Below, piece after piece: positions 1 through 13,096 of a stretch of DNA of 64,000 nucleotides. Within the stretch, counting starts at the first letter, position 1. Each line of letters opens with the position of its first letter. This stretch comes from Chrysomallon squamiferum. Lineage: Eukaryota > Animalia > Mollusca. The position numbers and the translations under genes were made by a program. The notes under the pieces were generated by a model. That model saw only the letters and a program-made list of their open reading frames with translations, searched no databases and was not told where the DNA came from. The DNA lies in contig CM022665.1 of the NCBI GenBank assembly GCA_012295275.1, positions 7,812,001 to 7,876,000 of the forward strand. The letters run 5' to 3'.

Positions 1-1447
1 AGACGCCATGCTTGTCGAGATGCTGTTTACTCGAAAAAAATTCCTCCGATGTCTTTGTTGGCGCTGAGCTTACAAGAATTTACCTCCCCAATCTGCTAGT
101 CGGCAGACGTCGTCGATGTGACTACGCCAGCTGACCAGGTCGCCTCGGTACAGTCCACTTTAACTACATTCCACTGCATGTTTGAAAGTTCAAAACGTTA
201 ACCAATAGTATACGATCACTTATAAAAGTAGATACAATTTTCAGTAAGAAAATTAGTCCGGTAATATGGAACTGTTCGTTATACTTGTATAACCCGTAAC
301 ATTATTAGAAATATTTTAAATCTCAAACGCAGATATTCGATACATTTGATGGAAAACAGTAAATTACCTGATTTTTGCAATCGATAGCTTGATAAAAATA
401 TATATATTTATATATATATTTATTTATATATATTAAAAATACTGTAGTGACAACTTTCGTAACATCCACATCTAGAACTGCTATTTCTGTCAAAGTTAGT
501 CCAAGTATGTTTTCCAGCTGTACGATAGTCAACAATATATTATAAAACCATCTTCTTCTTTTTCTTTTCTTTTTTTCCTCTCTTGATGCAACAGTTTATA
601 GATTCCTAGTTATATTTGCTATTTTTCTGAAAACTTATCTTGCTGGTTTCAGAGTGAATTGTTTCTCAAAGAACAGGAATCCCGGAATATTGAAGTTCTG
701 TAATTGAACCGTGGTGTACATGATGCTAACTATCTTCCGTGTTAATCAGTAAAAAAACTGCCATCCACTGCTCATAGCCACCTGCACCATATACAGACAC
801 ACTTGGAACCAGTAGCAGGAGTGTATCTACTGAAACTCATCGCTTCGTCCCACAGTTATATATGTTTTCCTTACAGCTTCCGCGACGCGGCGTCAAAATT
901 ACACTTGTAAGCTTTTGATCGTTCAACACTGGTTATATTTGGAAAATTACAGTTTCAGAGAACAAGATTACGAGTTAGTCAAATATCTTATTCTAATAAC
1001 CACTGTGTCATGGTATTACTAGCTCCCCAAACAACTTATTTAATTTAAAGATTCATAATTTTTTTACTCTTTTTTCAGGAAATATATCTATGCAATTATA
1101 TTTATTATTTAAAAACAATAAATATAATCCTCCTTTTTCTTCTTCTTTTTCATATTATTATTGCTATTTTCATTTATGATGTTGTTGTTGTTGTTGTCGA
1201 TGTTGTCATTCATTTTCTGTAGTGGGCAGGGGTTTTCTTTTTGCTATACTAGCTATATAAGAATAACACCTCTTTTTTTTTTTTTTTTTTTAACTGAGAC
1301 GAAATAAAATAATAATATTTTACATTCTTAGGAAACATTTTTTACTTTTAAAAATAATAAATAAAATAAAATAATCTTTTTAAAACTGTTACTCCTCAAC
1401 TGCATGTACAGCTCGGGCAAAACATATCATATACACATACACCACCA

Positions 1448-1476
1448 GCGGAATCCCCCAAAGTTCAGTGACGTCA
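1448..1476. promoter_or_regulatory. NF-kB-like site (GGAATCCCCC, 1450-1459) next to a perfect CRE (TGACGTCA, 1469-1476)
   Basis: Motifs read directly. GCGGAATCCCCC (1448-1459) is the exact reverse complement of GGGGGATTCCGC at 20011-20022 upstream of gene E. A GTAAGT donor-like site follows at 1511. Confidence 0.35.
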
Positions 1477-2415
1477 GGCAAACAAGCAATTCTCAATGAC
1501 TGTTTGTGGAGTAAGTCGAAATCTAATCTATTTACCGTTTGTAGAATTCACACAAACTAACTCACCTAAAAAATGAAGGAAGAAAAAAAAAAAGTATAAC
1601 AGATAAACGATCCAATACCATATTCCAAGAACAGGAAACCGTGAATTATAATATGTCATTTCTACCAAAGTCTTGAGATTATAGAGACGAAGTTAAAGAG
1701 TATGGGCGCCGGTAGATTTTGATAATAATTATTCTGAATAACTAGTTACGATAAGGAAAATATATACAGTGTAATAATAGAATGATGAGCTGGTTATCAC
1801 TATTAAGAGCCAAAGATTAAACGTTCAGTCATTCAGTCAAAAACACAAAGACTTCTCAGTATTTGATATAAAGATTTTTTGTTGTTGTTGTTGTTTGTTT
1901 TTTGGTGTTGTTGTTGTTGTTATTGGAGTTTTTTGGGGGGCGGTGACGGGGTATTATTTTATTTTATTTTTATTTTTATTTTTTTCAACAAATATGTCTT
2001 GATTTCTTACCCCTTGTTAGCACTTAGACAGTAACTGTTATCATTAATGTGGCGTATGTTTTGTTTTAATAATAATAATAAGAAGAAGAAGAAGCTTTTT
2101 AATCAAATGCATAAATTAAGAAACATTAAACTGAAATTCATACTTTTATTGCATTTCATATCATGTTTCGGCCTATACAGACAATTTTACCTATTACATA
2201 CAAACCTACATATATACCTACATACATACCTACATACATACCTTCATACCTACCTACCTACCTACCTACCTACATACATACATACATACATACATACATA
2301 AACGCATAAAAAATACACACATACAGACACATACATATACAAATGTCTATTACATATATATTTGCGATTACTTTTAAGGGGTTCATACCAATATTAACAT
2401 TTCTTGTTGCGATTA

Positions 2416-2463
<48 letters not shown>

Positions 2464-2520
2464 CAGCAGCAGCATCAACATCATCATTATTACTATAACT
2501 ACAGTTGTGTCGCATTTTTT

Positions 2521-3490
2521 CGTGCTGCCAAGGCGGATATAGAATTTCAGTAAAGGGGACGCTTTTTTTTGCTTTTTTTTTTTTTTTGGTTTAATTGGAA
2601 ACAGAAATGAGTTTCATTGCAAAGATTAAAATATCGATCCGAATATTTAAAGAGCTGAAAGCGTCATCCGGATAATTATGTCTTCTTAAAATATTCAAAA
2701 TATTCAAAAGCCATTATTTCAGTTATCGCAAATTCTCAGGATTTCTTTAATAGAAAAGACGAAATCGGACAGGCTCTGTAGATAGGCATTTGTCATACTT
2801 ATCAGTGACAGATGTACGTTATCAAGTCTACACGACAGGCAGAGTATCTTTTTCCGAGATTCCCTGAAGAAAAACAGAAACATAAACGGATTTTATATCT
2901 TGAAACAAAAAAAACAAAAAAATACTCGCGATGTGTACAGTTTTATACTGAAAGAAGATGGCGATTATCCTTATTTGAACCAAGTACCCTAGGATTAAAG
3001 AATTCCACTTCGGTGTCTACTTTATATTCTCCATTATCATCTAGATGTTACAGCTGTGTTAGAGCTGGTCTACATAATATCGGCGTCTGTTAACGCCTCT
3101 TTCATTCCGTTTTTGGTAGACGTAAAAACCTATCCACCACACCTAAAATCACTCCTATCAATTAGATGCCCGAGTAATCTTCAGAAGTTTTTAAATTTGA
3201 TGCTTGAGAATGCAGCCACCGACAGTTTTATCGATAAGGGATGTGCTAGTGATAGCGATAAAATACTAAAAGCTAACTGGCCAATAGGGAACACTTATTT
3301 TAGCAGAACTTCTTTTGAAAGAGAAATGATGTATAAACCGTGTTTATAGATGTTTTTAAACTGAGTCAACAAATGACTGCGATTCAGATATTTAATGATA
3401 TAAAACGTCTTTGAAATATTTTCACGAGGTGCAATATAGATACAATGAAAGTTGAAACCACTGCTTACATCAGTATGGTTGTCTAGGTAA
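2521..3490 (+). pseudogene. Possible decayed Mab-21/cGAS-like nucleotidyltransferase relic
   Basis: Fragmented translation with motifs in cGLR-like order: DIEFQ*RGRFF..(poly-T)..GLIGNRNEFH (cf. GSxxEGxKIGxPxEFD), HLDVTAVLEL, WPIGNTYFSRTSFEREMM, KPCL*M, KTSLKYFHE. Many stops and frameshifts; similarity judged by eye only. Confidence 0.25.
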
Positions 3491-4701
3491 TGCTAATGTA
3501 CCAACGGTCACACACAAGAATGCATTTTGCCGAAACATCCACTTATATTTTAAAAGACATACATATACACGCAATCACCTGCATACATACAAGCACACAT
3601 TCATGTAAAACACAAACACACGCACACACATATATAAACACCACACTAGACACACACACGCACGCACACAAACATACAGAACGAAAACGTGGGCTTCAGT
3701 AAACAATTATTAAAAAACAGACGCATAAATTATTACTTTCTGCTATTTTGAAAGGATTGTTATATCGTCAGTTCCGCAATTTCACAATAACAATCGATCA
3801 AACAATGCACCTTGTCTCAAGCGAACAGTGTATAGCTTAGGTATTTTATAAAAATGTAGCCTGTATCTAGAAATCCGGACCACTTCTGTCCCAAGCTTGC
3901 CCGATAAATGGTTCATCTAACAAATATAAATTAACTAAAAGAAATTTCATGACTCGACGTATATTGTCAGTTTATTTCATGCTTTTACGACAGTCTCACA
4001 ACAGCTCAAAGAACATTATCAATGTGAAAATTTAAATTTCATGGTCGCAAAATATTTCATTCAACATGTAAAGGCAGCTAACATTTCTTGTCCACATGCC
4101 AAAATCTTAATCGTTTGTGCTTTTATTAGATCCATTAGTAATCAGGAAATCGAAACGATTAGAACATATTCTGTTTTGTATAAATACTCGAAAAACTATC
4201 TCATGTTCCCCAGTCGTTATAACAAACAACGCTGGGTAAACGCGCCTCAAGCCGCCTATGCAGATATCTAGGTACGGATCAAATGACCACGTGGCAGGCA
4301 GCATTCTCCTATGACTGCATAAGCATGAAATAAGCATGAACTGATACGTAATAACAAAAATAAAACCAAACTGCCAGTTTACAGAAACGTTAGATTTATT
4401 GTCTCAGCTACCTATTTAGTGATTGGAAAGATGTCTTTGCTATTAAAAGATTGGCAGGTTTCCCAGAATAAGCGTGGGTGAGGTATTCGTGCAAACTGAA
4501 GAAGGGGCGGCGGTGCGCACACACCAAACAGTCGAGAGTTTTATTTCTTCAGTATGGGAAATCATACATGTACTTCTTACTGGTTTTCGTCATACAAAAT
4601 GTAAACTGCATTTCACATATAGCTGGAATCAATTGTTTGTTCGTTGTTTTGGTTTTTTACCTTTTGTTATTATGCTACATTCGTTACATGTTGTTTATTA
4701 T

Positions 4702-4732
<31 letters not shown>

Positions 4733-7700
4733 TTATTATTATTACTGTTGTCAGAAATGTGTTTCAGAAATGGAGGAATACATTTTTTTATATATATATA
4801 TACTATGTCCTTTCTTCTTATATCGTAATTTAGGAAGACATTTTAATGTATACTTGTTCCAAGTTTAGCGAAATGGATGGCAGGAAAATTCCTGCACAGA
4901 ATACGTAAATATGCACATCTTGCAAAAAAAAAAAAAAAAAAAAAAAATCTGTAAAATGCTTCATAGGCTTACATGTTAAGAAGTTATAGAAGTATTAATT
5001 GCTTACACAGCTTGTACATTTATCTGTTGCAGAAAAAACAGAATATGTTTACATTATTCCGCTACAGCTTTTCGATGAAGATTTCCCAGCAGTACGAAGG
5101 TGAAAAAAGTGATGTAACCTGTATGTTGATGTATATGTTAATACAGAGTTGTGTACATAACTCTACAGACCTTGCTGAAGGCGAAACACATTGAGACATT
5201 GTAGCAATGTCGATCTGTAATTAGTACGCTAAGAGTGTTAAAATCTGTATTACATCTCTGTGTGGGTGTGAAGCCGTGCCATATCAGATAGCTCCGAGCC
5301 AGTCCGGACATTCACGAAATAAACCGAATTTTTTTTTTCCAAAATGGAGATAGCTTTTCGCTGCATTAAAAATAGTTAAGTAGAATTATTAAGATGATTT
5401 CATAATAATTTACCGGAAGATATTAACGTTGATTTTTTGGATGGTTTAAATTCATTAAACTTACACTTTCACAAATAATTATTTCATAGTCATGAACGTT
5501 CAGTAATTAAAAAGAGAAATAAATTAAAATTTTGTCAACAGGAATAAATCCCTTTCTGCCAGCTGTGTCACACATACTATATCAAACGTACGTACATTCA
5601 TACATATATACGTACATGAAACATACAAACATATATATATACATACGCACACCTACATCCAGATATACATACATACATACAAACAGACAATTATTTCGAT
5701 TCTTACACACAGATTATCAAAGATTAAACACATATACTTCTACTTCAGGGCAGACCTTCTCTTTACCACATACTCACAGCTGGGCCTTTATCTTAATAAG
5801 TTATTATGGACGCTTTGAAAAGTGTCAGAGGTTGAGAAATTCAATCACAATTCACAGTGGAAGGTTTGTATCAGGGTAATGAAGACAGGTTAAAGCTTTA
5901 AGTTCTCGCTACCCGCGGCGATGATACGGCAACAACAACGATTACAGCAGCAGACAGCATGTACTGGAACGACCTCATGCGAATAATAGCTCTGTGATAA
6001 CGACACTTGAAAGTATCTGAATTGTAAAATATCAAAGATATAATTTCCTTGAACACATCAAGAACATTTTCGTTGCAAAAGGCTTTGTAATTTTGGTTAA
6101 ACAAAATGAAAAGAAGAACAAAAAAAAAAAAATAAATAAATAAATAAATAAATAAATACCCATTCAAATAAAGATTCATTCTGAACTGAAATTAAATTTC
6201 ACATAATTGTTAGAATAACTAAAATAAACAAATATATTAAGCAAGAGCGCATGCAAGATTTCAGCGAAGGGAACCGACATGAATAATACATTAATAAAAA
6301 GTTTCATTATAAATTCATTCGTCCCAGTTACTGAATTTTCTCGATTTTTTCCAAATTTCAGTTACTTATATGATGACGAGTAATGATGAAAATGAAAATG
6401 ATGATGTTGATGATGAATGATGATGAAAGTTATCATGATGATGAATATTTCATCAAAGTAATAAAGGATCGTGTATATTTTTATATGTATGTATGTATGT
6501 ATCTGTGTATGTATGTGTATATGTTTGCGCGCGCGCGTCTGTATGGACACTGTAGTATGAACAATGACGTCGACAAGACGTTTTCATGTAAAGATTTATG
6601 AAAAATTAAAATATCTTTTGTAAAGAAAAACGTTTTAATTCTTATCTAAACATGAGTGTACCTCTGAGACAAGATCATACAAAGCACTGACCATGTGTTC
6701 TTTTGGTGTATTGCGACATCCTACAGCATCGTCTTCTCAGTTCCCAAATCTCCCCTCAGCGTGGCATATACTTTGTACTCAGAAAAACATTCCAAACTCC
6801 ACAGGCAATACGTTGCAAGGAATTTTAGTTATATTGTTTTTCTTCTTTGTTGTAGTTTTTTCTTTTATTTTTTTTTTTTTTTTTTTTGTTGTTGTTGTTG
6901 TTGTTGTTTTGCTGGGGAGAGGCGGGTGATTGAATATTCATGTATTTAATGAAACAGATTCTCATGTGCTAAAAAAACAGAAAAAAACGAACAAAATTCA
7001 AAATTTTATATGAACTCAAACACAAACTCATAGCTATACACTTAGATATACATACAGTTTGTGCATGCATATACAAACTTTATACATACGTCTAAGTTTG
7101 TTTGTTTTTCCCCTATTTTAGACTATTTCTAGATTTTCCTTTACTTTTCATTATATGTGTCTCCTTTATATCTGCACCTCTCTTTCTCTTTCTCTCTCTC
7201 TCTCTCTGTCTCAATATATATATAGTCTGCGATAGCTATTATTATCAATTTGAATCTCTGAGAGGTTTACAAGTTCCAAAACCTAAGAGATGGCGGGTAA
7301 CGGTAACCTATAGTCTACCTTTGCGTTGTTGTTCTTGAAAACGTTAATCACGATGTTCTATTTAATTACATTCATTTCATGGTTCTTCTCGGCTACTGAC
7401 CTTCACTTGACTGGCATCATGTTGACAAAGACAACTGAACCTTGCTTCTGTCTCTACTCAACCGACCACCTAATAATATCAACATCAATCAACCAACTCT
7501 GGACATACTTAGTGACTACCGGCGGCTGTTAACGGGCTGTGCAACTTCTGTCTGGTCTCATTCAGTTTCAACACCAACAGCCAACACAGGTTATATTTAG
7601 ACTGATAAAGGTCAGTCATCTCAACCCTAATGGTCTATGGTACATGTTAGTGGTTTGGGCAGGAATTCGGTGAAAAGACATCGTTACCTTGTGTTATTTA

Positions 7701-8124
7701 TTTATTCCACTCCGCCGCCTGCACATAATGTCAGAATAAAAAAAATAACGAGTATTTAAAAGAAAAGTAATAGAGTTTAATATTCTTTCTGATAAACTGG
7801 AATGGTATGGTTTCGGACAACGCTGACGAGTATGAGAGAGCGTATTGTATACTAAATACAAATATTTTAATTTTCTGTTAACAGATTCTGATTAATCTTA
7901 TGATCGTTTCTTTTTATTATTTTAAGATGCACGAACAAAGAGTTCTTCCATTATTTACTGCATTTTCTGCATAAAAACATAACCAAGCGAAGGAATGGAA
8001 AGTTATAGAATACAAGTATGTCTGTTTATTGTATCATATTACATACACTAATGCCAAAACAATGATTAAAATGTTTCTTAAAATAAGATATAAATATGTT
8101 ACCGTTTTGTTGTAACAGAAATAG

Positions 8125-8310
<186 letters not shown>

Positions 8311-9069
8311 GTATATTATAATTTTCTTCCACTCTCGTTAACTAGTAACCAATTCTATTACTGTATTCTTATTTCAAAATAAATCATAAGTTTGGTTTTT
8401 GGGGTGTTTTTTTTTTTTTTTTTTTTTTTTTTTTGTAGTTTTCACATTCACATAAATCTGTATGTCTATCAGGATAGGAGATTATATTTGGCTTTAATAT
8501 TCGTACTGACGAGAATGTCAGATATTATCAAGTTCATTTCTTATATCAGTGTATTCTGTTTACTTATAATAAATGTATTTCAGTATATTTTACAGATATG
8601 TTTCATGATTTATTCATCTGATCTAAACAGTGTATGTAAATATAAACAAACGTGTTATGCAGAGTTTAAGAAAAGGAGATTTTATAATGATGGATATAAT
8701 TTACAGGTCACAGTTTCTGAAAGAAAAAAATACCAGTGAACCACAAAAAGGTGTGGGTATGCTGTCTACACTAGGAGTTGATCCACAGTATAATATACAT
8801 GCATACAAACAGACAAACACACACGCACGCACGCATGTATTTTTTTTATTATTGTTTATTGACATTTAGTTACTGGTAGTAGGTGTAGTCCTGCTTACAA
8901 AAACAATTCATTATTGCACATAAAAAACCAGTGCATGAATAGTATTTGAGATAATGATTTAATGTCAGAAATAATATAAACCGCAGCTAATATCATCTTC
9001 AGCAATTGTTGACAGTTCATAATTAAACGGTCAGTCAAAACGAATGTAAACCAAAACCAACCCCTAGAT

Positions 9070-9086
9070 GTGTATGTACATATGTG

Positions 9087-9150
<64 letters not shown>

Positions 9151-9669
9151 GCTATGTTTGAAATGACAGAATGATATCAATCTGGAGGATAGTTTAACAA
9201 CGGTATGCGTATTAACATCAGGTACATCTGTGTGTGAGTATGTATGTGAGTATGTATGTGTATGCATATGTGTGTGTGTGTGTATATATGTGTGCATACA
9301 TACACACGCACATACATATACATACATATACACACACACATATATATATACATACATACAGATATATATGCACACACACACACACACATACATACATATA
9401 AATATATATATATATAGAAACACAAACACTCATGTATATACATATACACATACACATACATGCATACATACATAGATACATACATACATACATATATACA
9501 TACATACATACATACATATAAACACACACATATGGGGGTTAGTCATCTACTACCAATAACTTAATGTCAATAAGCAATTAAAAACATTTCAGGTGCCATT
9601 TTTTCCAAATCTGCACAGTGCCATTTCTTTCGAGTGCCATTTTATCAGGTGCCATTTTTTCCGTATCTC

Positions 9670-9740
<71 letters not shown>
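9070..9740. repeat. Compound GT/AC/AT microsatellite region, including four short GTGCCATTT repeats (9592-9662)
   Basis: Directly visible. Confidence 0.9.
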
Positions 9741-9741
<1 letters not shown>

Positions 9742-12486
9742 AAATGCCAATTCTGCAAAGTTGAGAGTGATTGTGTTTGGTCAGATATTTATTTTACATT
9801 TTTAGATCTCACGGATATTTTCGCCCAGCTTCGTTTCGAATGAAAAAAAGAAGTAAATCAAGAATGTATTTTGGGAAATTAATTTGTAACACGAGTGACT
9901 TGATCACTTATCAAGATTTTGTTTGGACGTCTGTAGTAATTTTCGCACCGAAAGATAACCACGTGCAAATCAGACCAACGGAGCCTGATAAAACCTCGGC
10001 CAGTGTTAGACAAGTGAAAAAAACATCCTCTCCACCTGCTTCGAAAACTGTTTATTTACTTTATTTCTACAAATCCAATCCAACACTATCAGCTTATTAA
10101 CATCACCGCTCACAAAAATCCAGTACATTTTATCTAAAAACGGTAACACAATCGACCTCGTGTCAGCGAGATGGGACAGTATCCGATAAAATGACTACCA
10201 CGTGATTCACTGGCTTTTCGCATGACGTAAAGAGACGGAATATCTCATATGAAAGCCGACAGATACACGATGCAAAGAGCTAAATGATATCAAGATAAGA
10301 AATATGAGATGTTTCCAAACCTGAGCTCAGGAGAGACGAAAGGCGAACAGTTCCGAAAGTGCACTCAAACTGGATACATTTTCTTAGTTACATAAATGAT
10401 GCTTTAGTTGACTTCAAGGATCGCTGTAGAAATTGCTATTGTAATAGTTTTAAATGAATTTTTCTTAGTTATATACCATCCGATACTAACACTTTTCTCG
10501 GTTATATATCATACTGTATTATAACTTAATATTCCCTCGCTTAGTTACTTACTGTCTATGTGATCGCTGTAGCCGTCCATTCCTTCACTTGGTTACTTAA
10601 TTATTATACTGTCATCTGGTTGTTATATCATATTATAGTAAAATTATAATTCCTTCACTTTGTAACAAACCAAAATACTATTGTGGAGAATATCCTCGTT
10701 TAATTATAATATCTTTATAGTCTACAGTTCGCTCACTTAACTGGATACCATGTTCTACGATATCTCACCATTAGTTATATTTTTATTGTAAGCTACTTAG
10801 TTATATCCAAATGATATTATTGCCTGACATTAGTTTTATTTCATACTATAATATAAACTACCATTCTCTCAGAAGTTATGCGAAACCAGAAACTCTTTTG
10901 GTGTCATTTCACTCTGACAAAATTGTATTCATCCGCGGCTTCATGTGCTTATATATTTTTATATTTTATTTATTTTTTGACTACTCTCCCTTGTAAACAT
11001 ACCCAAATAACCTGTTTATTAAGTGTTTATTTTATTCAAGCTTAACGGCAATATCTTTTTAAGGACAGAATTTTTTTTTTTTTTTTAAATATAAATAAAT
11101 GAAGTTATTCACCATTCATTTATTCTTCATTCGTCCCACAATAATTTAATTCACCATTTTAGGAAGCGTAATCTATTATTTAGTAATATATTATATTACA
11201 TACATTTCATCCATAATTTAGTTATCTTTCAAACGATACGATAGCATACTAACCCTTGTTTAGTTACATATCATAGAGTTACATAGTTATTATACATGTA
11301 CTGTACTCAACTTACGTCTTTCATATCCTCATTAGTTACTTATAATACTTTACTACCATCTTCCATTCACTTGTTTTATTCATCCACGACTACATGTGCT
11401 TATATATTTTTATTTTTTATTTTTTGACTACTCTCCCATGAAAACATACCCAAATAACCTGTTTATTAAGTGTTGTTTTTTTATGTTTTTTTTTTTTTTT
11501 TTTTTTTTGTTGTTGTTTTTCTTTTACACATATATAATACGTTACTCTGTCCACAATTTCATCGTTTATTTACATCTAATATCTTACTACTGCGCACCAT
11601 TACCTTCTTTATTAACATACTGTGCGTTACTATTGCTTACCATTCGATCGTTTAGTTACATATAACACGTTACTACTTCCGACAGTAATTCCAGTGTTTT
11701 GTTACAAATGACACGATACTACAGTCTAATTTCCCGTGTTTTTTTTTTTTTTATTATTATTACTTTTATAACTAGTAATAAGCAAAACTGTTTTCCCAGC
11801 TATTTGACTAAAAAAATAAAATATATATAAAAACATAATGCAAGGTTATGTAAATTACTAATTGCCACTGGTAGTTCATTGTAATGGAAGTCATGATACA
11901 AAAAAAAAAGGCGGTTATTTCATTCTTTTAAAAACAACTGCTGAATCTTTGATTCATCGAATTTTGTGATCCCAGCCTGATTTTGCCACTACTACTCTAT
12001 GGATAATATACCATTCATCATTTCTATAGAATTGCGGATATTTTCCTTTCTTAATACTCTGACTAGGGAATCTCAGAGTCCGCAGGAACTGGATATGTGG
12101 AAGAAAGACTGTTGGCATATAATAAAATATATAAACGACGAAAAAAAGAAAGAAAAAAAAAGGCAAACAATACGGGCCTATGTAAAAATTATTATATATA
12201 TGTAAAAAATTATTATATCTACTAGATATATATATACTTAATTTGTAAAGCCAAATATTCTTATGAAAATACGTCCCAAAAATTTCAGATTTAGATATCG
12301 GAAAAACTAGAACTTCATCACTTGCCTTCTACCTGCGGAGACTAGGCTCGGGAATTATCTTGATTACTAGTAATACTAGTTTCTACCAAAACATTTTATT
12401 CAGAAACAACGTCTGTAACAAAAATAATTATTACTGTGCCCAGGGAAGAAATATACTAAAACAAATTAGGATAATGGGCTGCCAAA

Positions 12487-12538
12487 GTTTCAAGTTCTCT
12501 CCCACAACCGTCCGCTTTTGTGGGAGAGAACTTGAAAC
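12487..12538. repeat. Perfect 21-bp inverted repeat with 10-nt loop
   Basis: GTTTCAAGTTCTCTCCCACAA (12487-12507) / TTGTGGGAGAGAACTTGAAAC (12518-12538). Confidence 0.9.
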
Positions 12539-12995
12539 GAGTGAAAAAGAGTGAAATCAAAGAGAAAAGAGCGTTGCCACGCAGGTGGACAAATTTCAAA
12601 GCGATATTAGTTTGTCACACAAAACTCACTATAATCTAAAAACTGCCGTTAAAAGTTCATGTAAAGGGATCTTACAAACGGTCAAACAGAACCTTTATTA
12701 TTATTTATTATATCGGCAGTTAAAGGGAGTGCATTTACCGATTATAATTATTAATACATAATTATGAAACTGAAGTGTTTCGCGAGTGATGTAATGACAC
12801 ACACACAGATTATAACTTTATTTAATAAAAATATATATATATATAATCAATTCAAACACGAAAAACGAAAATTGAAAAACGATATTTATCAAGGGAGATA
12901 ACTAGACGAGCTATGAAGTCACAATCAGGAGTATTCGTTGCTTTTCTTTTTCTCATATATATATTTATTTAGTTAGTTTCACACGCACACCCATC

Positions 12996-13035
<40 letters not shown>

Positions 13036-13096
13036 TATTATTATTATTACTAATATTACTACAACTGCTACTACATGGAAAATTTCAGTTGTGAAT

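Noticed and set aside
720-960. Minus-strand fragment KCNFDAASRKL*GKHI*LWDEAMS resembling a Helitron/Pif1 helicase motif
   Set aside because: One short motif with several stops and no supporting flanking motifs.
4041-4271. 76-aa ORF with KILIVCAF, loosely like an SF1 helicase motif Ia
   Set aside because: No Walker A or other helicase motifs nearby and no splice support.
10370-11720. Degenerate CTTAGTTA-containing repeat region with a ~100-bp local duplication (10928-11030 vs 11380-11475)
   Set aside because: Looks like an old decayed minisatellite with no coding or structural signal.
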